Source: Patescibacteria group bacterium (lineage in GTDB: Bacteria > Patescibacteriota > Microgenomatia > UBA8517). From it: a stretch of DNA of 64,000 nt. Below, one piece after another: positions 39,498 to 49,041 of the stretch (position 1 is the first letter of the stretch; each line of letters opens with the position of its first letter). A model generated the notes under the pieces. It ran no database searches. It saw nothing but the letters and a program-made list of their open reading frames with translations, and was not told where the DNA came from. The translations under genes were made by a program, and so were the position numbers. Location of the stretch: contig DASVCV010000001.1 in NCBI GenBank assembly GCA_036381415.1, positions 1,411-65,410 on the forward strand, written 5' to 3'.

Positions 39498-40178
39498 CTA
39501 TTTCCTACTTCCTAATCTATATCCAAACCCTCTTACAGTATGAATTAAAGGGACTGAATTTTTAAATGGTCCATCAATCTTTTTTCTTAAGTATCCAATA
39601 TATACTTCCACATTATTTGGAAGAATATCAGCATCATAGTCCCAAACATGGGAAATAATTTGCTCTTTGGTAACAGTCTCACCAGGATGCCTTAAAAGAT
39701 ATTCCAAAAGGGAAAACTCTTTACTGGAAAGATCAATATGTTTGCCTTCTCTTTTTACTTCATAATTTGTTGTATTTAAGCTTAAGCCATCTACTAAGAG
39801 AGTTGTTCCAAGTAAATCTTTTGGACGGCGTGTTAAGGCTCTTACTCTTGCCAGAAGTTCTTCAAAGGCAAAGGGTTTAACTAAATAGTCATCGGCTCCA
39901 GCATCCAAGCCTTCGACCCTATCTTCAATAGCTCCTTTAGCAGTAAGCATTAAAATTGGAGTGTGCTTTTTTTCTTTTCTTAATTTTTTACAAATCTCAA
40001 CACCATCAAGCCTAGGCAGCAGCCTATCTAAAATAATAGCGTCATATTCTTCTACCAAAGCAAGGTCTAGGCCGTCAGTGCCCTCGTATGCAACATCCAC
40101 TGCATAATGCTCCTGCATGAGTCCCTTCTTAATAGAATTTGCAATTTTGTGCTCGTCTTCAACTACTAATATTCTCAT
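39498..40178 (-). CDS. OmpR-family response regulator
   Basis: Receiver domain (ILVVEDE...D) plus winged-helix DNA-binding domain. Confidence 0.9.
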   Translation of the reverse strand: MRILVVEDEHKIANSIKKGLMQEHYAVDVAYEGTDGLDLALVEEYDAIILDRLLPRLDGVEICKKLRKEKKHTPILMLTAKGAIEDRVEGLDAGADDYLVKPFAFEELLARVRALTRRPKDLLGTTLLVDGLSLNTTNYEVKREGKHIDLSSKEFSLLEYLLRHPGETVTKEQIISHVWDYDADILPNNVEVYIGYLRKKIDGPFKNSVPLIHTVRGFGYRLGSRK

Positions 40179-40295
40179 GGGGTTTCTTCCTTTGAGGCTA
40201 TTATAACTTATTTAGACTGAGAGGCGGCTGAGAATGAGCTTTTTATTAAAAGTGGATTTTTCTATTTTTTATTTAATGCAATTATGTGTATATAC

Positions 40296-41570
40296 TTATA
40301 AAGAAAACTTTTCAAAATGGATATTTGAGTTAGGTACCCCTAGTGCAATCAGGTCTTTAGTTACTGCATCCATCATGGGTACTGGTCCACACATCATTAC
40401 TTCATAATCTTCTACATTTTTTACCAGTTTTTCTATCTTTTCTTTATTAAGATGTCCCACTTTTTGGGTAACTATGTAGTGAATAGGAAATTTATATTTA
40501 TTAGATAAACTACCAAGTTCTTTTTTGAAAACTATTTCATTTTCAGTCTTAGCACTGTAAAGAAGAATTATATTTTTACTGCCTGCCAATTCTTCTATTA
40601 AGCTTCTAATTGGAGTTATTCCAATTCCTCCTGCAATGAAGAGCACTTTGTCTTTTTTAATTCTTTTACTTGTAAAAGTTCCATATGGTCCATCAATTAT
40701 TACTTTTGTTCCTGGCTTAAGACTTGGAAGTTCACTGGTAAAGTCTCCACTATTTTTTGGAGTTATTCTAATTTTTCCATTTGCAACCTTTGAAAGAGAA
40801 AAAGGATGAGACTGGTACCAAAACTTTGGTGTTAGAAAATTAAACTTCATGAACTGTCCAGGATTTACATGGAATGATTCCATGTCTTTTCCTGTTATGT
40901 AGATGGATACTACACCTTCATTTTCTTTAACTACCCTATCAACATAAAATTCATGAGTATAGAATTCATATATTGGTTTTAGAATTCTAAAAATTAATAA
41001 GTTGCCAAACACAAAAGCATATAGAAGATACCAATAATAGGCAAAAATAGGCTGACCTAAGAAATCTTCACCTACCCTTAATTGGTGCCCCCATGCAAAA
41101 ACAACTGCTAAGTAAACAAAAATATGTACAAAATACCAGGCTTCATATTTAATCCTGTTTCTAACTATATAAATAGAAATGAAAATTATACTTAAAAATA
41201 AAATGGCTCCAATTAGAGCTTTGTTTACATCTTCAAAGTTATTAATAAGATCAAGAAACTGTGATGTGAAATTAACCTTAGTAATTTGTGCATACCCAAT
41301 TGTTATTAGTATTGGATGAAGAAGTATAAAAACACTGGATAAGTACCCATTTAAGTGGTGATATTTTGACAGCTTGTCTAGGCCAAAAGTCTTTTCCAAC
41401 CAAGCTGCCCTTCCCATTAGTAAAAACTGAAACAAAATGGAAAGGACAGCAAGAAGACCTGACAAACGTCCAAGAGCTAGATAGACACTGCCTCCTCCTG
41501 AGTTTTTCCACCAAAAGAATAAAACTATAAAGAGGTTTAGTGCTAGAAAAGCGTAAATTAGTTTCTTCAC
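40296..41570 (-). CDS. ferric-reductase-like transmembrane domain fused to FAD/NAD(P)-binding domain (NOX/FRE-type flavocytochrome)
   Basis: Six-TM ferric-reductase domain with His pairs. HPFSLSK FAD-binding and GGIGITP NAD(P)-binding motifs. Confidence 0.75.
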   Translation of the reverse strand: MKKLIYAFLALNLFIVLFFWWKNSGGGSVYLALGRLSGLLAVLSILFQFLLMGRAAWLEKTFGLDKLSKYHHLNGYLSSVFILLHPILITIGYAQITKVNFTSQFLDLINNFEDVNKALIGAILFLSIIFISIYIVRNRIKYEAWYFVHIFVYLAVVFAWGHQLRVGEDFLGQPIFAYYWYLLYAFVFGNLLIFRILKPIYEFYTHEFYVDRVVKENEGVVSIYITGKDMESFHVNPGQFMKFNFLTPKFWYQSHPFSLSKVANGKIRITPKNSGDFTSELPSLKPGTKVIIDGPYGTFTSKRIKKDKVLFIAGGIGITPIRSLIEELAGSKNIILLYSAKTENEIVFKKELGSLSNKYKFPIHYIVTQKVGHLNKEKIEKLVKNVEDYEVMMCGPVPMMDAVTKDLIALGVPNSNIHFEKFSL

Positions 41571-42037
41571 TCCACTATCAACGTTCCTTTCATGCCAAGA
41601 CGTCTATGATTACTTACACTGCAGTAATACTCAAATGACCCTGCCTTGTCTGCAACAAATTCAATAGTATCTGATTCACCATCAGGTATTGTTTTTGTTC
41701 TGACATTAAATTCATCAATTACAAAGTCGTGGACACCATTTGAATTATTGAAAATGATTTTTACAGTATCACCTTTTTTAACCCTAATTTCATTTGGTTT
41801 AAAAAAGAAATCGCCGCCTTCTACTGTAAAGGTCTGACTTGTACCTTGAGTTGTTGCTACTGGTTGTACAGTTGAATTTGGAGTTGCAGTTGGAAGGTCT
41901 GAATTTAAAGCTGTAGGATTCGTTTCAGTTGTAGTTGTATTTGAGTTAGAACTCATCCCATTAACTAAAATAAGTCCTCCTCCAACTAAAACTATAATTA
42001 CTATAGCTATTACTATATATAAAGTTTTTTTATTCAT
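41567..42037 (-). CDS. membrane-anchored cupredoxin (type 1 blue copper protein)
   Basis: TM anchor, Ser/Thr linker, H...YYCSVSNHRRLGM ligand set. Stop overlaps the FRE start by 4 nt. Confidence 0.7.
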   Translation of the reverse strand: MNKKTLYIVIAIVIIVLVGGGLILVNGMSSNSNTTTTETNPTALNSDLPTATPNSTVQPVATTQGTSQTFTVEGGDFFFKPNEIRVKKGDTVKIIFNNSNGVHDFVIDEFNVRTKTIPDGESDTIEFVADKAGSFEYYCSVSNHRRLGMKGTLIVE

Positions 42038-42124
42038 TTTTCACCTCCTTCCTATTGTAGTTTTTTTTGAAACCAAATTCTATATTATTTTTGAAAGCTT
42101 AGAATTAGCTGTGAAGTATTTTGC

Positions 42125-42162
42125 AATATCTGGCAACATCTGGATAAATTAGGTAATATCTG
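42125..42162 (+). promoter_or_regulatory. three phased direct repeats A[TC]ATCTGG (offsets 0, 10, 30 bp) immediately upstream of fic; candidate operator
   Basis: ATATCTGG at 42125, ACATCTGG at 42135, ATATCTGG at 42155. Spacings are multiples of about 10 bp. They end 13 bp before the fic start. Confidence 0.4.
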
Positions 42163-42174
42163 GTAAATTGAATT

Positions 42175-43155
42175 ATGATAATTCCTGGCAAGTATAGGCT
42201 TACACCAAGTGTTTCTTCTCTTTTGTCTTCTATTGAAGCAAGCAAGGTTGTAATTGACTCAATCACAATTCCACCTGAAATAGAAAACAATATCAGGCGT
42301 CAATCAACGCTTAGAAGCTCTGTCTACTCAGCTAGGATTGAGGGAAATGAGCTAACACTAGATAGTTTAGATTCTTCAAGCAAAAACCAGCAGAAAGTAG
42401 AAATATTTAACATTTTGAAAGCTTTAAATTTGATAAATAAAAAGTCTAAAAAGGACATTACATTACAAGATATTGTAGAACTCCACAAAATCACTCTTGA
42501 TAGCCTTCATCCTGATGCTGGTAAAGTTAGAAACCAGGCTGAAGCTATTTTTAACTCAGCTGGAATTGCAATCTATATGCCTCCCCCACCAAGACTTGTA
42601 CCATCATTTTTAAATAAACTTTTAAAGTATGTGAATAGCGACAGAGAAAGATTTGTCCCTGTTAAAGCAGCTTTGGCTCACTTTAGCTTTGAAAAAATTC
42701 ACCCTTTTGAAGAAGGAAATGGAAGAGTAGGAAGAATACTCACTCAAAAGATATTAAAACAAGGAGGATATGGAATGAAAGGGCTTTTATCTTTAGAGGA
42801 ATATCTTGATAATCACAGATCAGAATACTACAGAAGTTTGGAAGAACCTGAAAAGGATTTAACTGACTATCTTCATTTCATGCTTACTGCAATTGATGAA
42901 ACTGCAAAAAAGGCAAAAGATATGGTACTTCAAAAACAAAAGGCGGAAGTAACTGATTACTTACTTCCCAGAAGGGCTGAAATTCTAAACATTATCAAAG
43001 AGCAAAGAATGGTTAACTTTGATCAATTAAGAAGGAGATTTCTTGCCGTAAATGAAAGAACTTTAAGATATGATCTTAAAAAACTTCAAGATCAGGGGTT
43101 TATAAGAAAACTTGGATCAACTAAGGGAGTTTATTATCAAACTTCAAAGGAATAA
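42175..43155 (+). CDS. fic: Fic/Doc-family protein (class II, with N-terminal inhibitory motif) and C-terminal winged helix
   Basis: HPFEEGNGRVGR Fic motif. N-terminal SARIEGN matches the (S/T)xxxE(G/N) auto-inhibition motif. Confidence 0.85.
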   Translation: MIIPGKYRLTPSVSSLLSSIEASKVVIDSITIPPEIENNIRRQSTLRSSVYSARIEGNELTLDSLDSSSKNQQKVEIFNILKALNLINKKSKKDITLQDIVELHKITLDSLHPDAGKVRNQAEAIFNSAGIAIYMPPPPRLVPSFLNKLLKYVNSDRERFVPVKAALAHFSFEKIHPFEEGNGRVGRILTQKILKQGGYGMKGLLSLEEYLDNHRSEYYRSLEEPEKDLTDYLHFMLTAIDETAKKAKDMVLQKQKAEVTDYLLPRRAEILNIIKEQRMVNFDQLRRRFLAVNERTLRYDLKKLQDQGFIRKLGSTKGVYYQTSKE

Positions 43156-43228
43156 TTTTTTTTTACAACGAAACTTCGTTTTACCGAGAGCTTGTAATAT
43201 TTACTAACATATATGTACAATAGTTCTT

Positions 43229-43564
43229 GTGACAAAGTACAAAGAATATATTGATAAGATGCTTGAGGAAAACAAGGTTCTTTTTGACTCCTTTAAAGAA
43301 ATCCATGACCAATATGGACTAAACCCTGACAAGTTTCAGGCTCAATTTAATGAAATGGGTGAAAAAGTAATGCTTGTTGTAAGGCACTATGAAGATAAGT
43401 TATGTAAAAGAAGTGAAGGAAGCGGCTATGCAAGCTTTACTGGAACACTAGCTGAGAAATTCCAGGTGGAATTAAGAAAAGTGTTTCCAATGATTGATAA
43501 TATTGGAATAAAAGTAAGCAGCGAAGACAATATTTTTGTTTTGAAAAAGATCAATCTAAACTAA
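43229..43564 (+). CDS. hypothetical helical protein downstream of fic (GTG start)
   Basis: ORF only. Confidence 0.35.
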   Translation: MTKYKEYIDKMLEENKVLFDSFKEIHDQYGLNPDKFQAQFNEMGEKVMLVVRHYEDKLCKRSEGSGYASFTGTLAEKFQVELRKVFPMIDNIGIKVSSEDNIFVLKKINLN

Positions 43565-43731
43565 AAATAAGAAACATATGTTTTAGAGGTTTTATTAGAT
43601 ATCAGGGGGAGGGCTTCTTTCTGGTTTCTCCATACTTACAGAGTACCAAGCCATCATCTATGAAATGACAGTGAAACGTAAGAACTGATTAAGAATCTTT
43701 CCATAACCTAAATTATGATAATAGAAATTCT

Positions 43732-44103
43732 TTAATACTCTGCTTTGTCTGCCTCCTCTTTAGTCTTATGGATTGTACCTTCTGGATGATGAGGTGGTGA
43801 ATACATTGTTATAATTTTCATCCCCATATCTTTACTTGATAAAAAGTTATGTCTTGTTCCCTTTTTAACTAGGACAATATCTCCTGGATTAAAATCTTCC
43901 GCAACACCATCAATAACCACTTTACCTTGTCCTTCAACTAGATATAGAACTTGATCATTATTCTCATGCACTTCTTCCCCAATTTCTCCACCTGGGTTAA
44001 TACTCATTATTACAATTTGGGTATTTGGTCCTGTTACCAAAACTTGTCTAAAAAAGGTATTGTCTTTTGCTTTTTGAGTAATGTTATTTATAATTCCATT
44101 CAT
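43732..44103 (-). CDS. cupin-domain protein
   Basis: Two-motif cupin pattern G(X)5HxH...G...H. Confidence 0.65.
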   Translation of the reverse strand: MNGIINNITQKAKDNTFFRQVLVTGPNTQIVIMSINPGGEIGEEVHENNDQVLYLVEGQGKVVIDGVAEDFNPGDIVLVKKGTRHNFLSSKDMGMKIITMYSPPHHPEGTIHKTKEEADKAEY

Positions 44104-45229
44104 TTTGATTACTCACCCCCTGCTTCTACTATATAATACACCTGTGAGCCAAAAATTTTTTAGATCTAAAAACGGGAATATCCAACTCCCGGTCTTTTTC
44201 CCAGATGCAACAAGAGCAGTTCTTAGGACTCTTGATTCAGTTGATATAAAAAACACCAAGACTCCTGGAGTTTTAGTTAACACATATCATCTATATGAAG
44301 AAATAGGCATTAAGCTTATTAAAAAACATGGAGGGATTGGCAACTTCATGAACTGGAAAGAAGGACTTATTTCAGACTCAGGAGGGTTTCAAGTGATGAG
44401 CATTGCAAAAAAAGGATCAGGAAAGATTTCTGACGAGGGGGTTATTTTTAAATCAGAGGGAGGGAAAAAAGAATTATTTACTCCTGAAATTTCTGTTTCT
44501 TTCCAGTTTCTACTTAATACTGACATGGTAGTTGTTTTAGATGAATTTACAGAACCTGGGGCAAGTTTGGAAAAAGCAAAGGAAACTGTTAGGAGAACTA
44601 TTTCTTGGGCAAAAAGAAGCAAGAAGGAATATGAAAAACAAGTAAAGCTTACAGGACGAAAGCCATACCTTCTTGGGGTGGTCCAAGGAGGAGACTATCT
44701 AGATTTAAGAAAAGAGTGTACCAAAGCATTGGTTGAAATTGGGTTTGATGGATTAGGATATGGAGGCTGGCCAATTAAGGATGATAAGACTTTTAACTAT
44801 GATGTTGCCAGAGTTATTGCAGAGAACTCACCTAGCAATTATCTGTTATATGGTTTAGGAGTTGGAAAGCCTCACGAGATAGTTGAGTGTGCAAGGATGG
44901 GATATACCATATTTGATTGTGTTCTTCCTACAAGAGACGCAAGGCATAAAAGACTGTATGTATATAATGCAAAATCAATTAAGGACATTGATATTAAGAA
45001 AAAGGATTTTTATTCATATTATGTTCCTGATAAAGAAAAATACGCTAGCCAGATAGATCCAGTAAGTTCTGCCTGTGATTGCCTACTTTGCTCTAACTAT
45101 TCAAGAAGCTATTTAGCGCATTTATTTAAAATCAAAGATGCATCTGCATTAAGGCTAGCTACAATTCACAATTTAAGATTTTATTCCATACTGATGGAAA
45201 AAATTAGAGAAGAGATTTTTAAGGAGTAA
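44081..45229 (+). CDS. tgt: queuine tRNA-ribosyltransferase
   Basis: LLGVVQGG, GFDGLGYGG, and zinc site CDCLLCSNYSRSYLAHL. The true start may be the GTG near 44144. Confidence 0.85.
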   Translation: MLFIIPFILITHPLLLLYNTPVSQKFFRSKNGNIQLPVFFPDATRAVLRTLDSVDIKNTKTPGVLVNTYHLYEEIGIKLIKKHGGIGNFMNWKEGLISDSGGFQVMSIAKKGSGKISDEGVIFKSEGGKKELFTPEISVSFQFLLNTDMVVVLDEFTEPGASLEKAKETVRRTISWAKRSKKEYEKQVKLTGRKPYLLGVVQGGDYLDLRKECTKALVEIGFDGLGYGGWPIKDDKTFNYDVARVIAENSPSNYLLYGLGVGKPHEIVECARMGYTIFDCVLPTRDARHKRLYVYNAKSIKDIDIKKKDFYSYYVPDKEKYASQIDPVSSACDCLLCSNYSRSYLAHLFKIKDASALRLATIHNLRFYSILMEKIREEIFKE

Positions 45230-45719
45230 AACTTACAAAGAAATTTATATCAGGCGGTCTAAGGTTTGATTCTTCTAAATCAGTTGCCTCAAGCTTTGTC
45301 TGAAGTGACTTTACATCTTCATCAATTTTTAAAACTGCCGAGTCTGTTGCATAACGGGAAGGAATCCCAATACCAACTGGTGTTGGGAGAGGTGTTGAAG
45401 CCTGTGGAGTTGGGGTAGGTGTAGCTTTAGGAGCTTGGGGCTTAATAGATTTTATAATACTTGCTAAAAGCAGAAGTACTATTGCAAATGCAAACACTCC
45501 CCCTCCTACTTTAAGAAGCCTTTTTTGGCTTGGGGTAAATGCAGAAAATTTATTTGAAAAGTTTGACATGGCTTGCGAGGATTTTACTTTGTCCACTAAT
45601 GACTTAATTTTTTCCTGCGGATTTGGTTGAGGCATTGAATTAAGAGTTGGGCCTTGAGGATTAGATGGCATGACGGGATTATTGGTGTTTTGATTTGGCT
45701 GATTGTTTTGATTTTCCAT
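45219..45719 (-). CDS. Pro/Gln-rich membrane-anchored hypothetical protein
   Basis: Single TM, TPTPTPQ linker. Confidence 0.4.
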   Translation of the reverse strand: MENQNNQPNQNTNNPVMPSNPQGPTLNSMPQPNPQEKIKSLVDKVKSSQAMSNFSNKFSAFTPSQKRLLKVGGGVFAFAIVLLLLASIIKSIKPQAPKATPTPTPQASTPLPTPVGIGIPSRYATDSAVLKIDEDVKSLQTKLEATDLEESNLRPPDINFFVSFTP

Positions 45720-45720
45720 A

Positions 45721-46551
45721 TTAATCTTTTGTTTTAATCTGGGTCATTATTTGTATTATTAATTTTTCTGCATCATTTAAATAGGCAAGAGATTCTTTGA
45801 GCTTGGTTTTGGCATTTTCAAATTTCTGGTCATTACTTTCACTTGCATTTTGCTCAAGAGTCATACCAGTAATTATATTTTTGGCTTCAGATTCTTTGGT
45901 TTGGCTTCTTTGTACATCATTATCTACATCTATTAGAGTTCTTTCTATCTGGGAAGTGTTTTTGTCTCCATTTGCCTTAATCTGGGCAACTTCGACTTTA
46001 ATACTTTCCACAATTCTTTGCATATTGTTTCTGTTGTCATCAATGCGTCCTGTAAAAACATCAAAAAGCCCATTATAGATAACTATTAATGTTGATGGGT
46101 AGTGGTCATATGCTTCATTGGAGTCTGCTACAAGATCATCAAGGGTAGCTGCTGAAGTAAGCTTTGTTTTATGAGCTATCCACCAAGCAACATCAGTGTC
46201 TATTTGGGAAAAAATTACGTTTTTGTCATTATCTACCAGTCCTTGGGTTTCTTTGATCCTCATTCTTAAAGCAGTAAGATAAGTTTTAACCATTTCATCT
46301 CGAGCTTGAAGCATTTTTAAAGTTGCACTTTGGGCATTTGTTTGAGCTGCCAATGTTTTAGATGAAAGATAGGCAGATCTTGCTACCTGATAGTCAGAAT
46401 AGGCAGTGTTATACAAGTCAGTGTTATAAACATAGTCAGCATATGCACGGTTGTAGTCAAATACAGGAGCTGGAGTTTGGGAGTGGATAATACCTATGTT
46501 TGCAAAGATAAATGCAAAGGCAATTAGAAGAATTAATGTTTTTTTAATCAT
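45721..46551 (-). CDS. secreted coiled-coil hypothetical protein
   Basis: Signal peptide, helical/coiled-coil composition. Confidence 0.4.
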   Translation of the reverse strand: MIKKTLILLIAFAFIFANIGIIHSQTPAPVFDYNRAYADYVYNTDLYNTAYSDYQVARSAYLSSKTLAAQTNAQSATLKMLQARDEMVKTYLTALRMRIKETQGLVDNDKNVIFSQIDTDVAWWIAHKTKLTSAATLDDLVADSNEAYDHYPSTLIVIYNGLFDVFTGRIDDNRNNMQRIVESIKVEVAQIKANGDKNTSQIERTLIDVDNDVQRSQTKESEAKNIITGMTLEQNASESNDQKFENAKTKLKESLAYLNDAEKLIIQIMTQIKTKD

Positions 46552-46561
46552 ATAATGGTTG

Positions 46562-47218
46562 CTACTGCAGCTTTTCTAGACTTTTGACGTCTAATTCATT
46601 GTAACTCCATACAACCATGTTTGCATCCATTAAAGGTGCATCTCCCCCTTTTGCCTCATCAGCTATAGCTACAACTTTCATATGTGCTTCCTGGGCAGCT
46701 TTAATACCAGAGGGAGCATCTTCAATGACAATGCAGTTTTTGGGATCGATATCGTCTTTTCTTGCTGTTAAAAGGAAAAGGTCTGGGGAGGGTTTGAGTT
46801 CTACCACTTCTTCAGCAGTTGTTACTATATCAAATACATTTTCAAGACTAAATTTTTTAAATATTGCATCCACTATTGACCAATTGTTGGAAGTGGCAAG
46901 AGCAGTTTTGATGCTTTTTTCTTTTAATTCATTTAAAAAATCTAAAAATCCATCACGAAGGGTTACTTCCTCAATATGCTTTAAGTATTCTTCTTGTGTA
47001 AGGGCAGCCAACTCCTCTGGTTTTTTGTCAGTTTGGATATGGTATTTTTCTAACAGCCTTGGCCACTCCTTTTCAACTCCCACCCCACCTAAAAGATGAA
47101 ATGAATCATCCGGCACTCCTCCTAAGCTTTCTAGAACTGTCTTAAAAGCATTTTTATATTGCTTTTCATCATCAATAATGGTTCCATCCATGTCAAAAAT
47201 GACTAATTCTATTTTCAT
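46562..47218 (-). CDS. HAD-IA family hydrolase (beta-phosphoglucomutase-like)
   Basis: Motif I VIFDMDGT and downstream HAD motifs. The ORF track's 97-codon upstream extension is low-complexity and unlikely to be coding. Confidence 0.8.
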   Translation of the reverse strand: MKIELVIFDMDGTIIDDEKQYKNAFKTVLESLGGVPDDSFHLLGGVGVEKEWPRLLEKYHIQTDKKPEELAALTQEEYLKHIEEVTLRDGFLDFLNELKEKSIKTALATSNNWSIVDAIFKKFSLENVFDIVTTAEEVVELKPSPDLFLLTARKDDIDPKNCIVIEDAPSGIKAAQEAHMKVVAIADEAKGGDAPLMDANMVVWSYNELDVKSLEKLQ

Positions 47219-47316
47219 AATTTTTATGATAACAAGCTTTTGCTTATTTTCATATGCCAATGATACCTTAAAATAGCTCTCCAATAAAGCTTGCAAGCTC
47301 TTGTATAATAGATATT

Positions 47317-48402
47317 GTGTCTTCTGAAAATAATATAGAGAGAATAACAACAATAGGAGGAGGAACTGGAACTCCAATTGTAAATGAGGCTCTTCTAACT
47401 GCAGGTGCGGAATATATAACAAGCGTTGCTTCAACAATGGATTCAGGAGGTACAACAGGAAGAAGAAGATTAGATTCATATGGAATTGAGATTGCCCATG
47501 CTGATGCAAAAAGAATTCTAATTTCTTTAGCTGATAAGAATAATTTGACTCCTAAGCAGTATGAAGCTCTTGTTACACTTCTAACTAAAAGAGACAAAAG
47601 ACAAAAAGATTTGGGTCATGAAATAATGAGCCAACTTTTTGACGGTCATGGAAATGGATATGAAGATGCTCAAAGAATGCTTGAAAATTTAACTAATGTA
47701 GCTTTTAAAGGAAAGGTTGTTCCTGTTACCAAAGAACCAACTAACATTGTCTTTACCACAGAGGAAGGAATTACATATAAGGGTGAAGACCAGCTTGATT
47801 CTCATTATATGTCAGAAGATAAAGTTAAAGGCATGTGGCTTGAACCGTGTGCAGTTGCCTGTCCAGATGCAGTTAAGGCAATGGTTGCAGACTTTGTTGT
47901 TTTTTCTCCAGGAAGCCTGCATGGGTCAGTACTTTGCTGCCTGCTTCCTCATGGAATGAATGATGGGCTCAAAAAATCTGCAGCTTTAAAAATATATGTA
48001 ACTAATTTGGTGAGCGCACGGAATGAAACTCACCATTTTACACCCCATGATTTTGTTGAACTATTTAGACAATATAGCGGGATGGACAACCCAATTGATG
48101 TACTAATAGTTCCTCAAATGACTAGAAGAGAGTTTGAATCTAAATATCCTGATATTTCAAGAAGGTACAGCAAGGAGCACTCTCACTACCTAGGATGGGA
48201 GGATAATGTCTTGAAAAAGGCAGAAGAGGAAGATGGAGTAAGAATGGTAACCCACAAGGCAACTTCTATTGTTGAAAGAGGCCAGCAGAAAGTAATTAGA
48301 CATGACCCAAAAAAACTTTCTGAGCCTTTTAGTACACTACTTTATGAAGCAAGAAGTTTAGTAGCTGACCTTGATTCTTCCAAAGTCGAAGTAGGTAGTT
48401 GA
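47317..48402 (+). CDS. YvcK/CofD-family protein (gluconeogenesis factor / 2-phospho-L-lactate transferase-like)
   Basis: IGGGTG and DSGGTTGRRR motifs. Confidence 0.7.
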   Translation: MSSENNIERITTIGGGTGTPIVNEALLTAGAEYITSVASTMDSGGTTGRRRLDSYGIEIAHADAKRILISLADKNNLTPKQYEALVTLLTKRDKRQKDLGHEIMSQLFDGHGNGYEDAQRMLENLTNVAFKGKVVPVTKEPTNIVFTTEEGITYKGEDQLDSHYMSEDKVKGMWLEPCAVACPDAVKAMVADFVVFSPGSLHGSVLCCLLPHGMNDGLKKSAALKIYVTNLVSARNETHHFTPHDFVELFRQYSGMDNPIDVLIVPQMTRREFESKYPDISRRYSKEHSHYLGWEDNVLKKAEEEDGVRMVTHKATSIVERGQQKVIRHDPKKLSEPFSTLLYEARSLVADLDSSKVEVGS

Positions 48403-49035
48403 TGAGTTTAGGGATTTAATCTGAACTCTATATAGATTTTTGCCAGCCCAGAAACGAAGATAGCCAGATTCTACATCAGTAGCAGTTGCAGTGTTTGTTA
48501 GATTTATTTCTGATCCATCTACTCCTATTCCATGGGTTACATCAAATAGCCTGGCATATGCAGTTCCATTACTGTTACCTACTCTTAAAACAGCATCCCA
48601 AGAAGCTGCAGCAAGGGAACCATAATCATTAGCAAAGTTTAAGTAGAAATCTGAACTTGCTACATCTGTCCAACCAGTAGCTTGAGTGCTTCCTGATACT
48701 CCAATAGGAATGTATGTAATCTTGGGAGTAGATTGGGTTGGCCTAGGGGTAGCAGTTGGAATAGGTGTGGGAGTGGGGGTTTTAGTAGCAACGGGAACAG
48801 TGGTAGCTGACTGGGATGAAACTGAAAGGGAAATTAAGTTTTGCACTTCTTCTTTTGTTACAAAGTTTGATTGAGGAGTTGGATTAGCTATGTTTTGAAA
48901 AATTGGTGAAGTGTTTGTTCCAGTTAAACTGTCTATTTTACTGTTTAAATACATAAATCCAAGGCCAAGTCCAAAGAAGCAAAAAAGAACAAAAACTATG
49001 AATATTTTTAAAAATGTTGAGGGCAGAGAATCCAT
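48358..49035 (-). CDS. secreted hypothetical protein with Pro/Thr linker
   Basis: TM or signal sequence, TKTPTPTPIPTATPRPT linker. Confidence 0.4.
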   Translation of the reverse strand: MDSLPSTFLKIFIVFVLFCFFGLGLGFMYLNSKIDSLTGTNTSPIFQNIANPTPQSNFVTKEEVQNLISLSVSSQSATTVPVATKTPTPTPIPTATPRPTQSTPKITYIPIGVSGSTQATGWTDVASSDFYLNFANDYGSLAAASWDAVLRVGNSNGTAYARLFDVTHGIGVDGSEINLTNTATATDVESGYLRFWAGKNLYRVQIKSLNSSTTYFDFGRIKVSY

Positions 49036-49041
49036 TTTTAC

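Noticed and set aside
42105-42290. 61-aa minus-strand ORF overlapping the fic start and upstream repeats
   Set aside because: Overlaps the well-supported fic N-terminus and the repeat element. Likely spurious.
46562-47509. Long N-terminal extension of the HAD hydrolase ORF (MHQHGQSQFH...LLLLLLFSLYYF)
   Set aside because: Low-complexity Leu/Gln-rich sequence upstream of the canonical MKIELVIFDMDGT start. It overlaps the divergent yvcK-like gene's promoter and start region. The true start is assigned at 47218.
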